A stretch of 20,651 nt of DNA, taken from Octopus sinensis (taxonomy: Eukaryota). Below are positions 19,813 to 20,651 of this stretch, piece after piece. The notes beneath the pieces were generated by a model. The model was not told the origin of the DNA, made no database searches, and worked only from the letters and a program-made list of their open reading frames with translations. Position numbers and translations under genes: made by a program. Where the stretch lies: NCBI RefSeq assembly GCF_006345805.1, contig NW_021825083.1:1-20651 (forward strand), written 5' to 3'. The number at the start of each line of letters is the position of its first letter. Within the stretch, counting starts at the first letter, position 1.

Positions 19813-20144
19813 CCCTCTTCAGTCACGAAAGACCATGGGACTGCACCTAGAAAGTTACCCCCCGAGGCAGAAGTCCGGGCAAAGTTGTTTATTGAAGACC
19901 AGCAGTCGCACATGTATACAAGCCTCCCCTCTCTATGCCACCGATGTCATCCAAGTGAAAAGTAAAGGGGCCGATACAGCTTGGCATCTGTGACGTCGCA
20001 ACTAATTTCTACAGCTGAGTAAACTGGAGCAACGTGAAATAAAGTGTCTTGCTCAAGAACACAACACGCAGCCTGGTCAGGGATTCGAACTCACAACCTC
20101 ATGGTCGTAAGCCCGGCGCTTTAACCACTGTGCCTTGCACCTTC
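19812..20144 (-). mobile_element. tRNA-derived SINE group C: head + CORE-like middle + tail type 3
   Basis: Head and middle align with 6084-6235. The tail (GACGTCACAGATGCCAAGCTGTATCGGCCCC...) is unrelated to tails 1 and 2. Confidence 0.82.
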
Positions 20145-20214
20145 AATATACATATTTGTATATTGCATTTCTATATATCCATATATACATATATATATCC
20201 ATGTATACGTGTAT

Positions 20215-20282
20215 ATATTATATATATATATATTATATATATATATATATATATAATATTATATTGCATATCTATCTATCTA

Positions 20283-20313
<31 letters not shown>

Positions 20314-20314
20314 A

Positions 20315-20355
<41 letters not shown>

Positions 20356-20460
20356 CTCTATCTATCTATCATCTATCTATCTATCTATCTATCTATCTTA
20401 TCTATTATATATTATATATATATATATATTATATATATTATACATACATATATACATATG
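20215..20460. repeat. (TA)n-(TATC)n-(TA)n compound array
   Basis: Read directly; a further (TATC)n run lies at 20613-20651. Confidence 0.95.
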
Positions 20461-20610
20461 TACGTATATAGGTATTCATAATTATTGGGAATTCCTAAAA
20501 GCAAAATCGTGTGCAACAAACATGAAAAAAATTTGTCATACCTAACTAGAAGAACATCTGATTAAAGGACAACCTAGTTTCCAGTAAATATTGGTACCTT
20601 GTTGTACAAT

Positions 20611-20644
<34 letters not shown>

Positions 20645-20651
20645 CTATCTA

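Overview
This is non-coding, repeat-dense eukaryotic DNA, most likely intergenic or intronic DNA of an octopus. The organism is inferred from my recognition of the tRNA-derived SINE families and the microsatellite load; it is not verified. No intact protein-coding gene is supported, and the supplied ORFs are almost all read-through of simple repeats or SINEs. Bases 1-5200 are microsatellite arrays with small unique islands and no recognisable transposons. Bases 5200-20651 hold about 20 SINE copies from three groups (here called A, B and C), a probable non-autonomous Helitron, a Helentron/MITE-like foldback, a decayed R4/Dong-type LINE endonuclease fragment and a Penelope-like terminal fragment. 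The strongest leads are: (i) two type I hammerhead-ribozyme-like motifs with palindromic stem III and non-canonical cores (19728-19765 and 17682-17751, both minus strand); (ii) family B SINE concatemers that share one precise junction in a hairpin loop; (iii) head/core/tail module swapping among group C SINEs; (iv) a ~190-bp, ~95% identical inverted repeat and an essentially spacerless ~130-bp-arm palindrome.
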